This document shows positions 17,429 to 28,109 of a stretch of DNA of 64,000 bases, piece after piece. The stretch is taken from NCBI GenBank assembly GCA_963788655.1, contig CAWBHS010000114.1:1-64000 (forward strand), read 5' to 3'. Position 1 is the first letter of the stretch, and every line of letters starts with the position of its first letter. The notes below the pieces were generated by a model that saw only the letters and a program-made list of their open reading frames with translations, searched no databases and was not told the DNA's origin. Source of the DNA: an uncultured Verrucomicrobiae bacterium (GTDB lineage Bacteria > Verrucomicrobiota > Verrucomicrobiia > Limisphaerales > JAFGQR01). The translations under genes and the position numbers were made by a program.

Positions 17429-18664
17429 ATGCAAACTGGTCCGAATGCGCTCGTCCGCCAACCGCTCACCCCGGCGCCGCCGGCACAACGGCAAACCACC
17501 CAACGTTCGGACCCGGCCGCCGCGGAAGAGTTCCACCGGAAATACAACGTCGGGCATCTGGATCCGCAACTGAAAGCCGCTACGTTCGCCCAGGCCCTGC
17601 GGCATTATGTGGCTTCCGCGTGCTTGTATGGCGCGACCCTGCTGTTTCTGACCGTCAATCCGTGGTTCCGCGATTTGCTGAGCATCGGGGTTAAAGACTA
17701 CACCGCCTTGCGGCTCTATTATTACGGGTATGCCGCTTATTTGCTCATCGCGCCGTTGGTCTTTTTTATTGGCCGACCACGCTCGTTGTGGGGGTCCAAG
17801 AATCTGCTGATCACCGGGTATCTGGGGCGCTTTATCCGGTCGGTGTTGCATCCAGCCACGGCCAGCAAAGCCGCAGCCTGGAAACCAACTTACGCGGAAA
17901 AGCACGCCCTGATGTTTTTTCTGATCAAAGTCTTTTACGGACCGCTGATGATCAATTCGGCGTTGATCGAGTACCACGCGTTCCCGCAATTACTGCGGAA
18001 CTTCCAAGCCGTTCCGACCTGGTTCAATCATTTTGACAAAGGCTATCTGCTCCTGGTGTCCGGGGTGTTCTTTGTGGACTCGATCTTGTTTGCCTTCGGA
18101 TATCACACCGAATCCGGGCTATTGAAAAACAAGCTGCGCTATGCAGAGACCAATTTCTGGCACATCCTGGTGTGCGTCGCCTGTTACGCGCCGTTCAACT
18201 TGGCCACCGCCGCCTTGCTGGGACCGTCGTATCAGAATCCTTACATCATGTTTCGGGGTGACGTTACCCATCCGGCTACCTGGATTCTGCGCGGTCTCGC
18301 GGCATTTTTCCTGTTGCTGCTCATCGCCTCATCACTGAGCCTGTTCACCAAAGCCAGCAACCTGACCAACCGCGGCATTGTTCATTGGGGACCCTACCGG
18401 TTCATTCGGCACCCGGGGTATTTGGCGAAGAATCTGTTCTGGTTGATGACACTGCTGCCGGTATTCTTCCCCAACACCGCCGCTCCGCACTTTTCCTGGC
18501 CGGATTACCTGGCGTTCTGTGCTGCCACGATTGCGGGCTTCTTCGCCTGGGGCACACTCTACTTTCTGCGCGCGATCACCGAAGAACGTTTCCTCAGCCG
18601 CGATCCGGATTACGTGGCGTATTGTCAGCGCGTGAAATACCGTTTTATCCCCGGCGTGTATTAG
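17429..18664 (+). CDS. Integral membrane ICMT/PEMT-family methyltransferase-like protein
   Basis: Multiple TM segments; GPYRFIRHPGY and EERFL...Y..Y...V.YRFIP motifs. Confidence 0.75.
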   Translation: MQTGPNALVRQPLTPAPPAQRQTTQRSDPAAAEEFHRKYNVGHLDPQLKAATFAQALRHYVASACLYGATLLFLTVNPWFRDLLSIGVKDYTALRLYYYGYAAYLLIAPLVFFIGRPRSLWGSKNLLITGYLGRFIRSVLHPATASKAAAWKPTYAEKHALMFFLIKVFYGPLMINSALIEYHAFPQLLRNFQAVPTWFNHFDKGYLLLVSGVFFVDSILFAFGYHTESGLLKNKLRYAETNFWHILVCVACYAPFNLATAALLGPSYQNPYIMFRGDVTHPATWILRGLAAFFLLLLIASSLSLFTKASNLTNRGIVHWGPYRFIRHPGYLAKNLFWLMTLLPVFFPNTAAPHFSWPDYLAFCAATIAGFFAWGTLYFLRAITEERFLSRDPDYVAYCQRVKYRFIPGVY

Positions 18665-18857
18665 CGTCTGCAACGTGTTGCCGACATCCTGCCGGCAGTT
18701 TGCAACGGGACGCCTGGAAAATGACCAATAACCAACGTCCAAGGTCCAGTGAATGACCAAGGTCCAATGGCCGTGACCAAGTGCATGTCGGCTAAGAATA
18801 CGTCGAAGTAACCCACGAGCGGCCAGTGTGCGATGGTTTCATTGGCCGGTCGATTCA

Positions 18858-20294
18858 TCAGGTTTCCGGTGCCTTGCCCCATTGGGTGTGGAACACGCCT
18901 TTCTCATCCACTCGTTCGTAGGTGTGCGCGCCAAAATAATCGCGTTGGGCCTGGATCAGGTTCGCCGGCAACCACTCGCTGCGGTAAGCGTCGAAATAGG
19001 CCAACGAAGCCATCAGGCCCGGCACCGGCACCGCGGCCTGTGTCGCCCGACAGATCACCGACCGCAACTTCTCGGTCCCGGCCACGAGTTCTTTGGCCAA
19101 GGCCGGATCGACCATGAGATTGCCAAGCTCCGGATGATGGCGATACGCCGCGGCAATTTGCTCGAGCAACGCCGCGTGGATGATGCAGCCTCCGCGCCAA
19201 ATACAAGCCACCTTTGCCAGGTTCAATCCATATTTGTATTCCTCCGAGGCGGCTCGAAGAACGGACATCCCCTGGGCATAGGTAATGATCATCGCCGCGT
19301 AAAAGCCGGCTTTGAGGTCCGCCAAAGCTTCCGCACGATCGGGCTTTGCGGTCGTGGTTTGGTCGGGAGCTTTCAGCCGTTTGGCAGCGGCATGCCGATC
19401 CGCTTCCAAGGCGGACAAGTTGCGCATGGTCACCGCCGCGTCGATCGACGGCACCGGGATGCCCAGGTCCATGGCGCTTTGGGACGTCCAGCGGCCGGTG
19501 CCTTTTTGACGGGCCACGTCGAGAATGACATCAATCAACCGTTTGCCCGTCTCGGGATCGGTTTGCTTGAAAATACTCGCCGTAATTTCCACCAGGAAAC
19601 CACCCATCGGACCCTGGTTCCAATCCGCGAACACCCCGTGCAATTCGTCATCATTCAACCCGTAGGCCTGTTTCATCAGGTGGTAACTCTCGGCGATCAA
19701 TTGCATCAGTCCGTACTCGATGCCGTTATGAACCATCTTGACGAAGTGGCCCGCCGAACCAGGTCCCAGGTAGGTGACACATGGCTCGCCATGCACGCGC
19801 GCGGCGATAGCTTCCAGCACCGGTCGCACGCGCTCGTATGCTTCGCGCGCCCCACCCGGCATGATGCTGGGACCGTGGCGGGCGCCTTCTTCCCCGCCCG
19901 AAATTCCCATGCCGAGGAATTGAATTCCTTTTTCCGCCATCGCCTTCTGGCGGACATTGGTGTCGTGGAAATTCGAATTGCCCCCATCGATGATGATGTC
20001 GCCTTCGGTCAAATGCGGTAAGAGGTCGTGAATCACATTGTCCACTACCGGCCCGGCCGGAACCAGCATCATGACCGCCCGCGGCGGCCGCAGCAGTTTG
20101 ATGAATTCCTCCATACTTTCGGCACCGCGCACTTTGTCGGTCTTCGCTTCCTGGCGCAACGCGTTTACCTGGTTGAGGTCCTTATCGTAACCCGCGACCG
20201 TCAAACCATGATCAGCCATGTTGAGCAGGAGGTTGCGCCCCATGACTCCGAGGCCGATCATCCCAATTTCGTGTTGTGGCTCGTTGGTTGCCAT
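18858..20294 (-). CDS. gnd: 6-phosphogluconate dehydrogenase, NADP-dependent decarboxylating
   Basis: GLGVMG, ISGGEEGARHGPSIMPGG, VHNGIEY, AQRDYFGAHTY. Confidence 0.97.
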   Translation of the reverse strand: MATNEPQHEIGMIGLGVMGRNLLLNMADHGLTVAGYDKDLNQVNALRQEAKTDKVRGAESMEEFIKLLRPPRAVMMLVPAGPVVDNVIHDLLPHLTEGDIIIDGGNSNFHDTNVRQKAMAEKGIQFLGMGISGGEEGARHGPSIMPGGAREAYERVRPVLEAIAARVHGEPCVTYLGPGSAGHFVKMVHNGIEYGLMQLIAESYHLMKQAYGLNDDELHGVFADWNQGPMGGFLVEITASIFKQTDPETGKRLIDVILDVARQKGTGRWTSQSAMDLGIPVPSIDAAVTMRNLSALEADRHAAAKRLKAPDQTTTAKPDRAEALADLKAGFYAAMIITYAQGMSVLRAASEEYKYGLNLAKVACIWRGGCIIHAALLEQIAAAYRHHPELGNLMVDPALAKELVAGTEKLRSVICRATQAAVPVPGLMASLAYFDAYRSEWLPANLIQAQRDYFGAHTYERVDEKGVFHTQWGKAPET

Positions 20295-20320
20295 CTTTTC
20301 AAATTCCTTTCGATGGTTCG

Positions 20321-20521
20321 CTAGCTGATATGCTTTAACGTGCAAAATGAAGAGGGTTGATCTGGCACCGGCAGGTCGTGGGTTTCATCAACGGTCAATT
20401 GCATGAACAGGTCAACGTTCGTGCCACCTTTGTGGATCTGCCCCAGGGAATGCAAATACCGGCAGGTGCAATCTGACCACACGGATTGGCCTGGCCATTC
20501 CAGCTCCTTCAATCGATTCAT
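20321..20521 (-). pseudogene. Internally deleted transaldolase/phosphoglucose isomerase fusion remnant
   Basis: MNRLKELE..GQSVWSD (transaldolase N-terminus) joined to RYLHSLGQIHKGG...DLPVP (PGI C-terminal motif). Confidence 0.7.
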
Positions 20522-20553
20522 CGTTCGTCCATTTCTTTAATTGGTCCCTTCGT

Positions 20554-21336
20554 TCAACCGCCATGCGCAAAGCTGGGATAATCGGTCATCCCGCCATCAA
20601 CAAAAATGGTTCGTCCCGTCACGTAGGAGCCTACGTCCGACGCCAACGCCACCACGACGCGGGCGATTTCGTCGGGCTCACCCATGCGTTGGAGCGGAAT
20701 TTTCTCCAGCAGATCTTTCATTCCTTCCGGATCGCTCCACACGGATTTGTTGATGGGCGTCTTGATCGCGCCCGGCGCCACGGCGAACACGCGCACGCCG
20801 TGGGGCGCCGCCTCCTGCGCGAGGGTTTTCATCATCATGCCCGTGCCCGCCTTGCTGGCGGTGTAGGCGCTGTAACCGGACCAGGCAACGATTTCGTGAA
20901 CCGAACTGATGCCGACCACGACGCCGCTCTTTTGGGCGATCATGCGCTTGAGAGCCTGCTGGGCACAGAAGAACGCGCCCAGCAGGTTAACCTCGATCAC
21001 TTTACGCCAATTCTCGATTTCGATTTCCCAGCCCATCCCCCGCTCGCCGTCAATGCCGGCGTTGTTGACCAAAATGTCCAGGCCGCCCCAGGCGTCGTCC
21101 ACTTGGGTGAACATGCCGGCGACCGACTGGGGATCGGAGACATCAGCCTCAATCGCCAGCGCCTCACCTTGAGCGGCCTTGAGTTCGTTCACAATCTTCT
21201 GCGCGGCTTCGGGGTGCGTCACGTAATTGACGGCCACCCGGGCGCCCGCTTCGGCCAACGCCCGGACGATAGCTTCTCCGATGCCGGAATTACCACCCGT
21301 GACCAGGGCGCGTTTATCTTCCAATGATATGTTCAT
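20554..21336 (-). CDS. SDR oxidoreductase, glucose 1-dehydrogenase-like
   Basis: TGGNSGIG, NNAG, SSVHE, YTASK, TPIN. Confidence 0.88.
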   Translation of the reverse strand: MNISLEDKRALVTGGNSGIGEAIVRALAEAGARVAVNYVTHPEAAQKIVNELKAAQGEALAIEADVSDPQSVAGMFTQVDDAWGGLDILVNNAGIDGERGMGWEIEIENWRKVIEVNLLGAFFCAQQALKRMIAQKSGVVVGISSVHEIVAWSGYSAYTASKAGTGMMMKTLAQEAAPHGVRVFAVAPGAIKTPINKSVWSDPEGMKDLLEKIPLQRMGEPDEIARVVVALASDVGSYVTGRTIFVDGGMTDYPSFAHGG

Positions 21337-21605
21337 GATGTCGCTTGCATCGGCCAATCCGATGGTCATGTCACCGCAAGGGAACCCAACTCCCCCACAC
21401 ATTTTCGGACCGGGTCCGACTACTTCATCGGAACTATAGGCTGGGCAGGCTCGGTTCTCAAGAGGGTGCGCCTTGGTTTACGATTAGGTAAAATTTGCAG
21501 GCCGAATAACCCAATTCCTGAGGGCCAGAGCGGCCAAGCCCATGGCAACTGGTGAGAGGGGCTGAGAAGCAAGGCCCGGACAACTCTAGGGAAGCCAACC
21601 AGCCC

Positions 21606-21635
21606 AACAAAAAAGCCCGTTCGTAGAACGGGCTT
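21606..21635 (-). terminator. Rho-independent terminator of the ribosomal/alpha operon
   Basis: AAGCCCGTTC-TAC-GAACGGGCTT stem followed by TTTTTT on minus strand, just after rplQ. Confidence 0.85.
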
Positions 21636-21667
21636 GGATAGAATTGGTGTGCCGCAGTTCCAGCGGC

Positions 21668-22195
21668 TCAAGACGAAGGCGGCTTTTCTTCGGACTTGGC
21701 GTCGGCCTCCGGCTTGGCTTCGGTTGGTTCTTCAGTCTTGTCTTCGGTTTCGGCCATGGGGGCTGCTTCAGCGGGGGCCGGTTCCGCTGGTTCGGATTCC
21801 GCAGCCTCGGGCTTGACCGGTTGGCTGGATTCCGGAGCCGGCATATCGATCCATTCAAGGATGGCCAACTGGGCAGCATCCCCGATCCGCTGATGCAAGC
21901 GAATGATGCGGGTGTAGCCGCCGCGCCGGTCCTTAAAAAACGGCGCGATCTCTTTGAACAGCACGCGACAGGCGTCTTCTTGATGAAGACGGGCGGACGC
22001 CAAGCGCCGGTCGTGCAGCGAGCCACGTTTGCCCAGGGTGACCATTTTTTCGGCTACGGAGCGAGCGGCTTTGGCCTTGGCCACCGTGGTGGTGACGCGT
22101 CGTTCGGTAATCAAACTGCAAACCAAGTTAGCCAGCATCGCCGTGCGATGCTCCGAAGTCCGCCCCAACTTGGCGGTGCGTTTACGGTGTCGCAT
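21668..22195 (-). CDS. rplQ: 50S ribosomal protein L17 (acidic C-terminal extension)
   Basis: MRHRK..KLGRTSEHR, RGGYTRI. Confidence 0.97.
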   Translation of the reverse strand: MRHRKRTAKLGRTSEHRTAMLANLVCSLITERRVTTTVAKAKAARSVAEKMVTLGKRGSLHDRRLASARLHQEDACRVLFKEIAPFFKDRRGGYTRIIRLHQRIGDAAQLAILEWIDMPAPESSQPVKPEAAESEPAEPAPAEAAPMAETEDKTEEPTEAKPEADAKSEEKPPSS

Positions 22196-22201
22196 AAAAT
22201 C

Positions 22202-23221
22202 TTACAGGGTCAGTTTGTTTGGCTCTTCCTTGGCGGATTCGAGCAGGCCGGGATCGATATTCATCCCCAGCGAGAGCCCAAGGGTGGTCAGTTTGTCTTT
22301 GATTTCGTTGAGGGACTTCTTGCCGAAGTTCCGGTACTTGAGCATTTCCTGCTCGGTCTTCATGGCCAACTGCCCGACGGTGGTAATGTTGGCATTGTTC
22401 AAACAATTGGCGGCGCGAACGCTCAACTCGATTTCGTTGACGCTCATGTTGAGCACCTTCTTGAGTTGCGACTTCTCGTCGTCTTCCTTGGTGACGACTT
22501 CCTCGAACTCGACGGCGTCCTTGTCGTAGCCGACAAAAACGTCGAGATGATGCTGCAGGATGGCCGACGCCTGCGTCAGCGCATCATCGGGCGTGATCCG
22601 GCCATCGGTCCAGACTTCCAGGATCATCCGATCATAGTCGGTCCGCTGGCCGACGCGCGCATCTTCCACGGTGTAACGAACCCGCGACACCGGGGAGAAC
22701 AGGGAATCGATGGCGATCACCCCAATGGGCTGATCCGGCTTCTTGTTGTCGTCGCCGGGACAAAAGCCACGGCCGACTTTGATTTCCAGTTCCATCTCGA
22801 ACTTTCTCTTTTTGTCGAGCGTGCAGATGAGCTGGCCGGGGTTGACCAAATCCACGTTATGGTTCAACTGGATGTCGCTGGCGTAAATCGCGCCTTCCTT
22901 GTTCACGGAAAGCAACAGGGCCTGGGGATCGCGCGAATGGGCTTTGAACTTGACTTGTTTCAAGTTAAGCACGACATCCGTCACGTCTTCCACCACGCCT
23001 TCAATGGTGGTGAACTCGTGCATCGCGCCGTCAATTTTGACAGAGGTGATGGCGGCGCCTTCCAGCGACGACAGCAGCACGCGGCGCAACGAATTGCCGA
23101 TGGTGTAGCCGTAACCGGTTTCAAAGGGTTCGGCAATGAACTTGGCGTAAGTGTCCGTCGCGGTTGATTCCTCTTTGGTCAACCGCTTGGGCATTTCAAA
23201 ACGACCTAAACGTATGGGCAT
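22202..23221 (-). CDS. rpoA: RNA polymerase alpha subunit
   Basis: EPFETGYGYTIGNSLRRVLLSS, ELSVRAANCL, NFGKKSL. Confidence 0.98.
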   Translation of the reverse strand: MPIRLGRFEMPKRLTKEESTATDTYAKFIAEPFETGYGYTIGNSLRRVLLSSLEGAAITSVKIDGAMHEFTTIEGVVEDVTDVVLNLKQVKFKAHSRDPQALLLSVNKEGAIYASDIQLNHNVDLVNPGQLICTLDKKRKFEMELEIKVGRGFCPGDDNKKPDQPIGVIAIDSLFSPVSRVRYTVEDARVGQRTDYDRMILEVWTDGRITPDDALTQASAILQHHLDVFVGYDKDAVEFEEVVTKEDDEKSQLKKVLNMSVNEIELSVRAANCLNNANITTVGQLAMKTEQEMLKYRNFGKKSLNEIKDKLTTLGLSLGMNIDPGLLESAKEEPNKLTL

Positions 23222-23329
23222 ATAACTAATTCCTGCAATTTTAATCTGACCCGCCCGGAAATTATTCCCGCCGCCGGGGGGCCCGTGTAATTGCGCGGCG
23301 GGGTCCACTCGGAACCCGCCTTGTTTGGG

Positions 23330-23938
23330 TTAGCGGGAATAAAATTCGACAACGGCCTGCTCGTTGGCAATGGGCTGGATTTCGTCGCGCGTCGGAACGC
23401 GCAGCACCACCCCTTTGAGTTCTTCTTTGTTGACCGTCACCCAATCCGGTACCAGGCGGTTGGTGGACATCTCGAGGTTCTTGCTCACCAGTTGCCGGGT
23501 CACATTCGAATCGCGGATTTCAATGACATCGTTGACGCGCAACGCGTAGGAGGGGATATCCACCTTGCGACCGTTGACCTTGATATGGCCGTGGGCCACC
23601 ACCTGGCGGGCCGAAGCGCGCGTGGCACCGAAGCCCAACTGGTAAACCACGTTGTCCAAGCGGGTCTCCAGAATTTGCAACATCTGTTCGCCGGTGACGC
23701 CGCGGCGTTGGGCGGCCTGTTGGTACACCCGGCGGAACTGACGTTCCATCAAGCCGTAGTAGTACCGCAACTTTTGCTTTTCGCCCAAGCCCAGGCCGTA
23801 CTCGGTCACCTTGCGGCGCGATTTGGGGCCATGAACTCCGGGACCATAATTGCGGCGCTCCAAGTATTTCGAGGGGCCAAAGATCGGCACCCCGAAGCGC
23901 CGGCTGATGCGAACACGTGGACCAGTATAACGAGCCAT
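23330..23938 (-). CDS. rpsD: 30S ribosomal protein S4
   Basis: MARYTGP, EKQKLR, LETRLDNVV, VEFYSR. Confidence 0.98.
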   Translation of the reverse strand: MARYTGPRVRISRRFGVPIFGPSKYLERRNYGPGVHGPKSRRKVTEYGLGLGEKQKLRYYYGLMERQFRRVYQQAAQRRGVTGEQMLQILETRLDNVVYQLGFGATRASARQVVAHGHIKVNGRKVDIPSYALRVNDVIEIRDSNVTRQLVSKNLEMSTNRLVPDWVTVNKEELKGVVLRVPTRDEIQPIANEQAVVEFYSR

Positions 23939-23974
23939 GTCTAGTGGATAATTGGTGGTTGAAAGTTGCTAAAC

Positions 23975-24691
23975 TTAAACGCGGCGTTTCTTGCGGGGAC
24001 GGCAGCCATTGTGCGGCACCGGCGTAACGTCCTTGATGACGCTGATATCCAGGCCAATCGCCTGTAATGCCCGAATCGCCGATTCCCGGCCGGACCCAGG
24101 CCCTTTGACGCGGATTTCCACTTCCCGCATGCCGTGGGACATCGCCTGACGCGCGGCATCCTGCGCCACTTGCTGGGCGGCAAAGGCCGTGCTCTTGCGT
24201 GAGCCCTTAAATCCCACTTTGCCCGCAGTGGACCACCCGATCACATTGCCCTGGGCATCCGTGATGGTCACCAGGGTATTGTTGAAAGTCGCCAGAATAT
24301 TGGCCACGCCCGAGGTGACGTTCTTGGCGTGCTTGGCCTTGATGATCTTCTTGCCCGCCAGTTCATCCGCCAGCAAGTCAGCCGCCGTCGGTGCCGTGCC
24401 GGCCACCGGGCCGGTCGGGGCCGCTTCCGACTTGGCTTCTTCAGCCTTGCCTTTGTCAGACTTCGCCTTGTCGGACTTGGCCGCGCCTTTCTTGGCCGGA
24501 GCCGCTTTGGCTTCGGGCTTGGCGCCTTCTTTAGCCGGAACCTCTTTGGCTTCGGGTTTGACGCCTTCTTTAGCCGGAGCTTCTTTCGCGGGTGCCCCAG
24601 TGGCTTCCGGTTTCGCCGCTTCCGGCGCAGCGGGCGCCGGGGCTGCCGGTTCCTGGGCGTCGGGCTTCTTGGGTTGGGATTCGTCTGCCAT
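23975..24691 (-). CDS. rpsK: 30S ribosomal protein S11 with long A/K/E/P-rich N-terminal extension
   Basis: [27 protein letters not shown]. Confidence 0.96.
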   Translation of the reverse strand: MADESQPKKPDAQEPAAPAPAAPEAAKPEATGAPAKEAPAKEGVKPEAKEVPAKEGAKPEAKAAPAKKGAAKSDKAKSDKGKAEEAKSEAAPTGPVAGTAPTAADLLADELAGKKIIKAKHAKNVTSGVANILATFNNTLVTITDAQGNVIGWSTAGKVGFKGSRKSTAFAAQQVAQDAARQAMSHGMREVEIRVKGPGSGRESAIRALQAIGLDISVIKDVTPVPHNGCRPRKKRRV

Positions 24692-24700
24692 ACTTAAAAA

Positions 24701-25096
24701 TTAATGGATGCCCGTCTTGGCATTCGGTTTGCGCTGCACGCCGACGGTCTTGCGAGGACCTTTGCGCGTGCGGGCATTGGTCGAAGTTCGCTGCCCATGC
24801 ACTGGCAAGCCACGTAGGTGCCGGATGCCACGGTAGCATTTGATGGCCTGCAAGCGTTTCAGGTTCAGGCCAATCTCGCGGCGCAGGTCGCCTTCGATGA
24901 CGTATTTGCCATCCTGGATGGCGTGCGTAATCTGGGATAATTGCTGTTCCGTCAAATCCTTGGCCCGAACGGCAGGATCGACGGCGGCCTTTTCCAGGAT
25001 CTCCCGGGCGTTAACCGGTCCAATGCCGTACACATAGCGAAGCGCAATATCGATGCGCTTGTTGCTGGGTATTTCGATGCCAATGATACGTGCCAT
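24701..25096 (-). CDS. rpsM: 30S ribosomal protein S13
   Basis: [29 protein letters not shown]. Confidence 0.98.
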   Translation of the reverse strand: MARIIGIEIPSNKRIDIALRYVYGIGPVNAREILEKAAVDPAVRAKDLTEQQLSQITHAIQDGKYVIEGDLRREIGLNLKRLQAIKCYRGIRHLRGLPVHGQRTSTNARTRKGPRKTVGVQRKPNAKTGIH

Positions 25097-25101
25097 ACGC
25101 T

Positions 25102-25215
25102 CTAGCCTTGACGTTGTTTGTGCCGGGGGTTGGTACAAATCACCCGGACGACGCCTTTGCGCCGGATCACTTTGCAGTTTTCGCAAAGTTTCTTCACTGA
25201 GGTTCGAACTTTCAT
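25102..25215 (-). CDS. rpmJ: 50S ribosomal protein L36
   Basis: Read from sequence: [37 protein letters not shown] (below ORF-track cutoff). Confidence 0.95.
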   Translation of the reverse strand: MKVRTSVKKLCENCKVIRRKGVVRVICTNPRHKQRQG

Positions 25216-25227
25216 AACCAATTCAAT

Positions 25228-25446
25228 TCAATTTTCCGCTTTACCGATGATCCGTCCTTTGGACATATCAAACGGTGACATTTCCAGGATCACTTTTTCA
25301 CCCAACATCAAGCTGACTCCATCCCGTCGCAGCCGGGCTGACAAAAAGGCCAACAGCCGATGCCCGTTGGACAACTCCACCCCCCAAGTCCCGTTGGGAG
25401 AAGCGCCGATCACGATACCTTCAATTTGGAAAGCATCGAGGTGCAA
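25228..25446 (-). CDS. infA: Translation initiation factor IF-1-like (divergent)
   Basis: EG.V....PN....VELSNGH, EMSPFDMSKGRI; canonical position between map and rpmJ; TTG start overlapping map. Confidence 0.75.
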   Translation of the reverse strand: MHLDAFQIEGIVIGASPNGTWGVELSNGHRLLAFLSARLRRDGVSLMLGEKVILEMSPFDMSKGRIIGKAEN

Positions 25447-26183
25447 GTCAGGATTTCCGGCTCGGATTCGGTGATCAGAATCGTGTGCTCAAAATGAGCG
25501 GACAATTGACCATCTTTCGTGATCACTGTCCAGCCGTCTTTCAAAATTTTTACTTCGGGCGCTCCGCCCACGACCATGGGTTCGATGGCCAGGGTCATCC
25601 CTGGACGCAACTTCGGGCTCGATTTGCCGTCCACGAAATTGGGTATCTGCGGTTCTTCGTGCATGGAACGTCCAACGCCATGGCCGACAAATTCCCGAAC
25701 CACGTTGTAGCCGTTCGCTTCCACGAATTGCTGGATGTGCCGGGATATATCCACCACCCGATTACCCGGAACCGCTTGGGCAATGCCTTCGTACAAGGAT
25801 TGTTCCGTCACGTCCATCAACTGCTGCGCTTCCACGCTACAGCCGCCCACCGCCACGGTGCGGGCATTGTCACCGATGAAGCCGTTGTAAATGACGCCGA
25901 CATCGAGGCTCACGATATCGCCAAACTCGAGCCTTCGCTCGGACGCGATCCCATGCACCACCTGCTCATTGACCGAAATACACAGGTGGCAAGGGAATTT
26001 GCGGTAGCCGTAAAAAGCACTGCGGGCGCCGTAATGTTTGATCCGGGCCGCCGCGTGGTCCTCAACTTCGCGCGTGGTGCGCCCCGGTTGAATGAACTCG
26101 CAGACTTCGTCCAGGACCGCGCGCGCGACGCCACAAGCAGGCCGCATGGCCTCTAAATCCCGTTCGTTCTTAAGAATGATCAT
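25410..26183 (-). CDS. map: Methionine aminopeptidase type I
   Basis: SVNEQVVHG, GHGVG..MHEEP, AIEPM, SAHFEHT. Confidence 0.97.
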   Translation of the reverse strand: MIILKNERDLEAMRPACGVARAVLDEVCEFIQPGRTTREVEDHAAARIKHYGARSAFYGYRKFPCHLCISVNEQVVHGIASERRLEFGDIVSLDVGVIYNGFIGDNARTVAVGGCSVEAQQLMDVTEQSLYEGIAQAVPGNRVVDISRHIQQFVEANGYNVVREFVGHGVGRSMHEEPQIPNFVDGKSSPKLRPGMTLAIEPMVVGGAPEVKILKDGWTVITKDGQLSAHFEHTILITESEPEILTCTSMLSKLKVS

Positions 26184-26207
26184 GCTTCGACTGGTCGCAG
26201 GTCCGGC

Positions 26208-27602
26208 TCAGAACCGTCCTTTAATGCGTCCTTTCTTCAAAAAGCCGTCATAATGCCGCATCAACAGATGCGACTCCATTTGCCGCATGGTATCCAATAC
26301 GACGCCCACGGTAATCAGCAAGCTGGTGCCGCCAAAGAAGGTGCCCAACTGAAGGGGCACTTCCATCGCGCGGTAAAGCAAAATGGGGATCACGGCCAGG
26401 ATGGTCAGGAAAATGGCGCCCGCCAAAGTAATCCGGCTCATGGCGTTGTGAAGGAAATTGCTGGTGGCCACACCCGGACGCACCCCCGGAATGTACCCGC
26501 CGTATTTCTTCAAATCGTCGGCAATCTGAATCTCATTGAATTGCGTGGCCACCCAGAAGTACGAGAAAAACAGAATCATCGCCCCATAGACCAGCAGGTA
26601 CAAAACTGACCCATAATTCAGTGCCGTCGCAATATTGCGGAGAAAAGCAATGTCGTAGGTGTTCCCCAAAAACAACAGGATCTTCTGGGGGAACATCAGA
26701 ATGGCCTGGGCAAAAATGATCGGCATCACGCCCGCGTAATTGACCCGTAACGGCATAAACGAGGTCCCGCCGGAAATCACTTTCCGACCCACCGCCCGCT
26801 GCGCGTACTGGACCGGCACCTTACGTTGGGCCTGGGTCACCGCAATCACACCTGCCACCACCGCACACAACAGCAGCACCATGGCGATCGCGTGAAACAG
26901 ATTAGGGTGGTTCTCACCGGGGCCGCCCGTACGGAACATGTCCATCAACGCCTGCCCGGCTCGCGGCAAGCGCGCCAGAATGCCGATGGTGATGACCAAG
27001 GACACTCCGTTGCCAATGCCACGCTCGGAAATCTGCTCGCCAAACCACATCAGCAGCAACGTGCCGGTGGTCAAAATGATCATGGTCTGAAAGCGATACC
27101 ACCAAATCCAGGAGTCACTATAAAGGATCAGGCTGGTATCCGCGGGAAATCCCGTGAACAGCCGCGACGGATTCTCCCAGCCAACGGCCATCACCAGCCC
27201 CTGGCCAATGCAAAGCACCACGGTAAGATACCGGCCGTATTGGATGATCTTGGCCCGGCCGCCTTCTTCGCGCGCCAGTTTGCTCAATTGCGGCACCACG
27301 GCGGTCAGCAATTGCAGGATGATCGTGGCACTGATGTACGGCATGATCCCCAACGAACCCACCGCACAATGCTCCAACGCGCCCCCGGTGAACATGCTGT
27401 ACATGCCCAGCAAGCCGCCGCCGCCCGATTGGCTGGCCAGGTGATTGAAGTAGTCGGTGAGCGCGGCGCCATTCAGCCCGGGGACGGGAATCATGGCCAC
27501 CAGTCGGCACATCCCCAGCATGACCAGGGTAAAGATAATGCGCGATTTCAGCTCGGGGATTTTGAAGCAGTTGGCGAAGGTGTTGAAGACGTTGGCAAAC
27601 AT
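26208..27602 (-). CDS. secY: Preprotein translocase SecY
   Basis: LGIMPYISATII, GIGNGVS, IPGVRPG, GGTSLLI. Confidence 0.98.
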   Translation of the reverse strand: MFANVFNTFANCFKIPELKSRIIFTLVMLGMCRLVAMIPVPGLNGAALTDYFNHLASQSGGGGLLGMYSMFTGGALEHCAVGSLGIMPYISATIILQLLTAVVPQLSKLAREEGGRAKIIQYGRYLTVVLCIGQGLVMAVGWENPSRLFTGFPADTSLILYSDSWIWWYRFQTMIILTTGTLLLMWFGEQISERGIGNGVSLVITIGILARLPRAGQALMDMFRTGGPGENHPNLFHAIAMVLLLCAVVAGVIAVTQAQRKVPVQYAQRAVGRKVISGGTSFMPLRVNYAGVMPIIFAQAILMFPQKILLFLGNTYDIAFLRNIATALNYGSVLYLLVYGAMILFFSYFWVATQFNEIQIADDLKKYGGYIPGVRPGVATSNFLHNAMSRITLAGAIFLTILAVIPILLYRAMEVPLQLGTFFGGTSLLITVGVVLDTMRQMESHLLMRHYDGFLKKGRIKGRF

Positions 27603-27623
27603 GAGGGTAGCGGTAAACGCCGG

Positions 27624-28097
27624 TCAGGACTTCTTTGGCTCGGCCTTTTTGACAGGGATAACTTCGCAGATACCGCCTTTGCTTTCGATTTTGCTTCGGG
27701 CAGCCGCGCTGAAGGCATGGGCGTTGACCGTCAACTTCCGGGTCAACTCTCCATGGCCGAGAATTTTAACTCCATCTCCGGGCCCATTCACCAAGCCGGT
27801 TTGGCGCAACATATCCACAGTGACTTGGGCGCCATCGTCGAAGCGGTTGAGCGATTCAAGGTTGACGGGAATGTAGCGCGTGGTGTGCCGGACATTGTTG
27901 AAGCCGCGTTTGGGAATGCGGCGGATCAACGGCATTTGACCGCCTTCGAATCCGATCCGGATCGAGCTTCCCGAGCGGGCCGTCTGGCCCTTGCCACCGC
28001 GCCCGCTGGTCTTGCCGTGGCCGCTGGATTCGCCCTGCCCTAGCCGTTTCCGGCGATGCTTGGCGCCGGGCCGAGGTTTCAAATCGTGCAATCGCAT
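27624..28097 (-). CDS. rplO: 50S ribosomal protein L15
   Basis: GHGKTSGRG.KGQ.AR, FEGGQMP. Confidence 0.98.
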   Translation of the reverse strand: MRLHDLKPRPGAKHRRKRLGQGESSGHGKTSGRGGKGQTARSGSSIRIGFEGGQMPLIRRIPKRGFNNVRHTTRYIPVNLESLNRFDDGAQVTVDMLRQTGLVNGPGDGVKILGHGELTRKLTVNAHAFSAAARSKIESKGGICEVIPVKKAEPKKS

Positions 28098-28109
28098 ATA
28101 GTAAATTCC

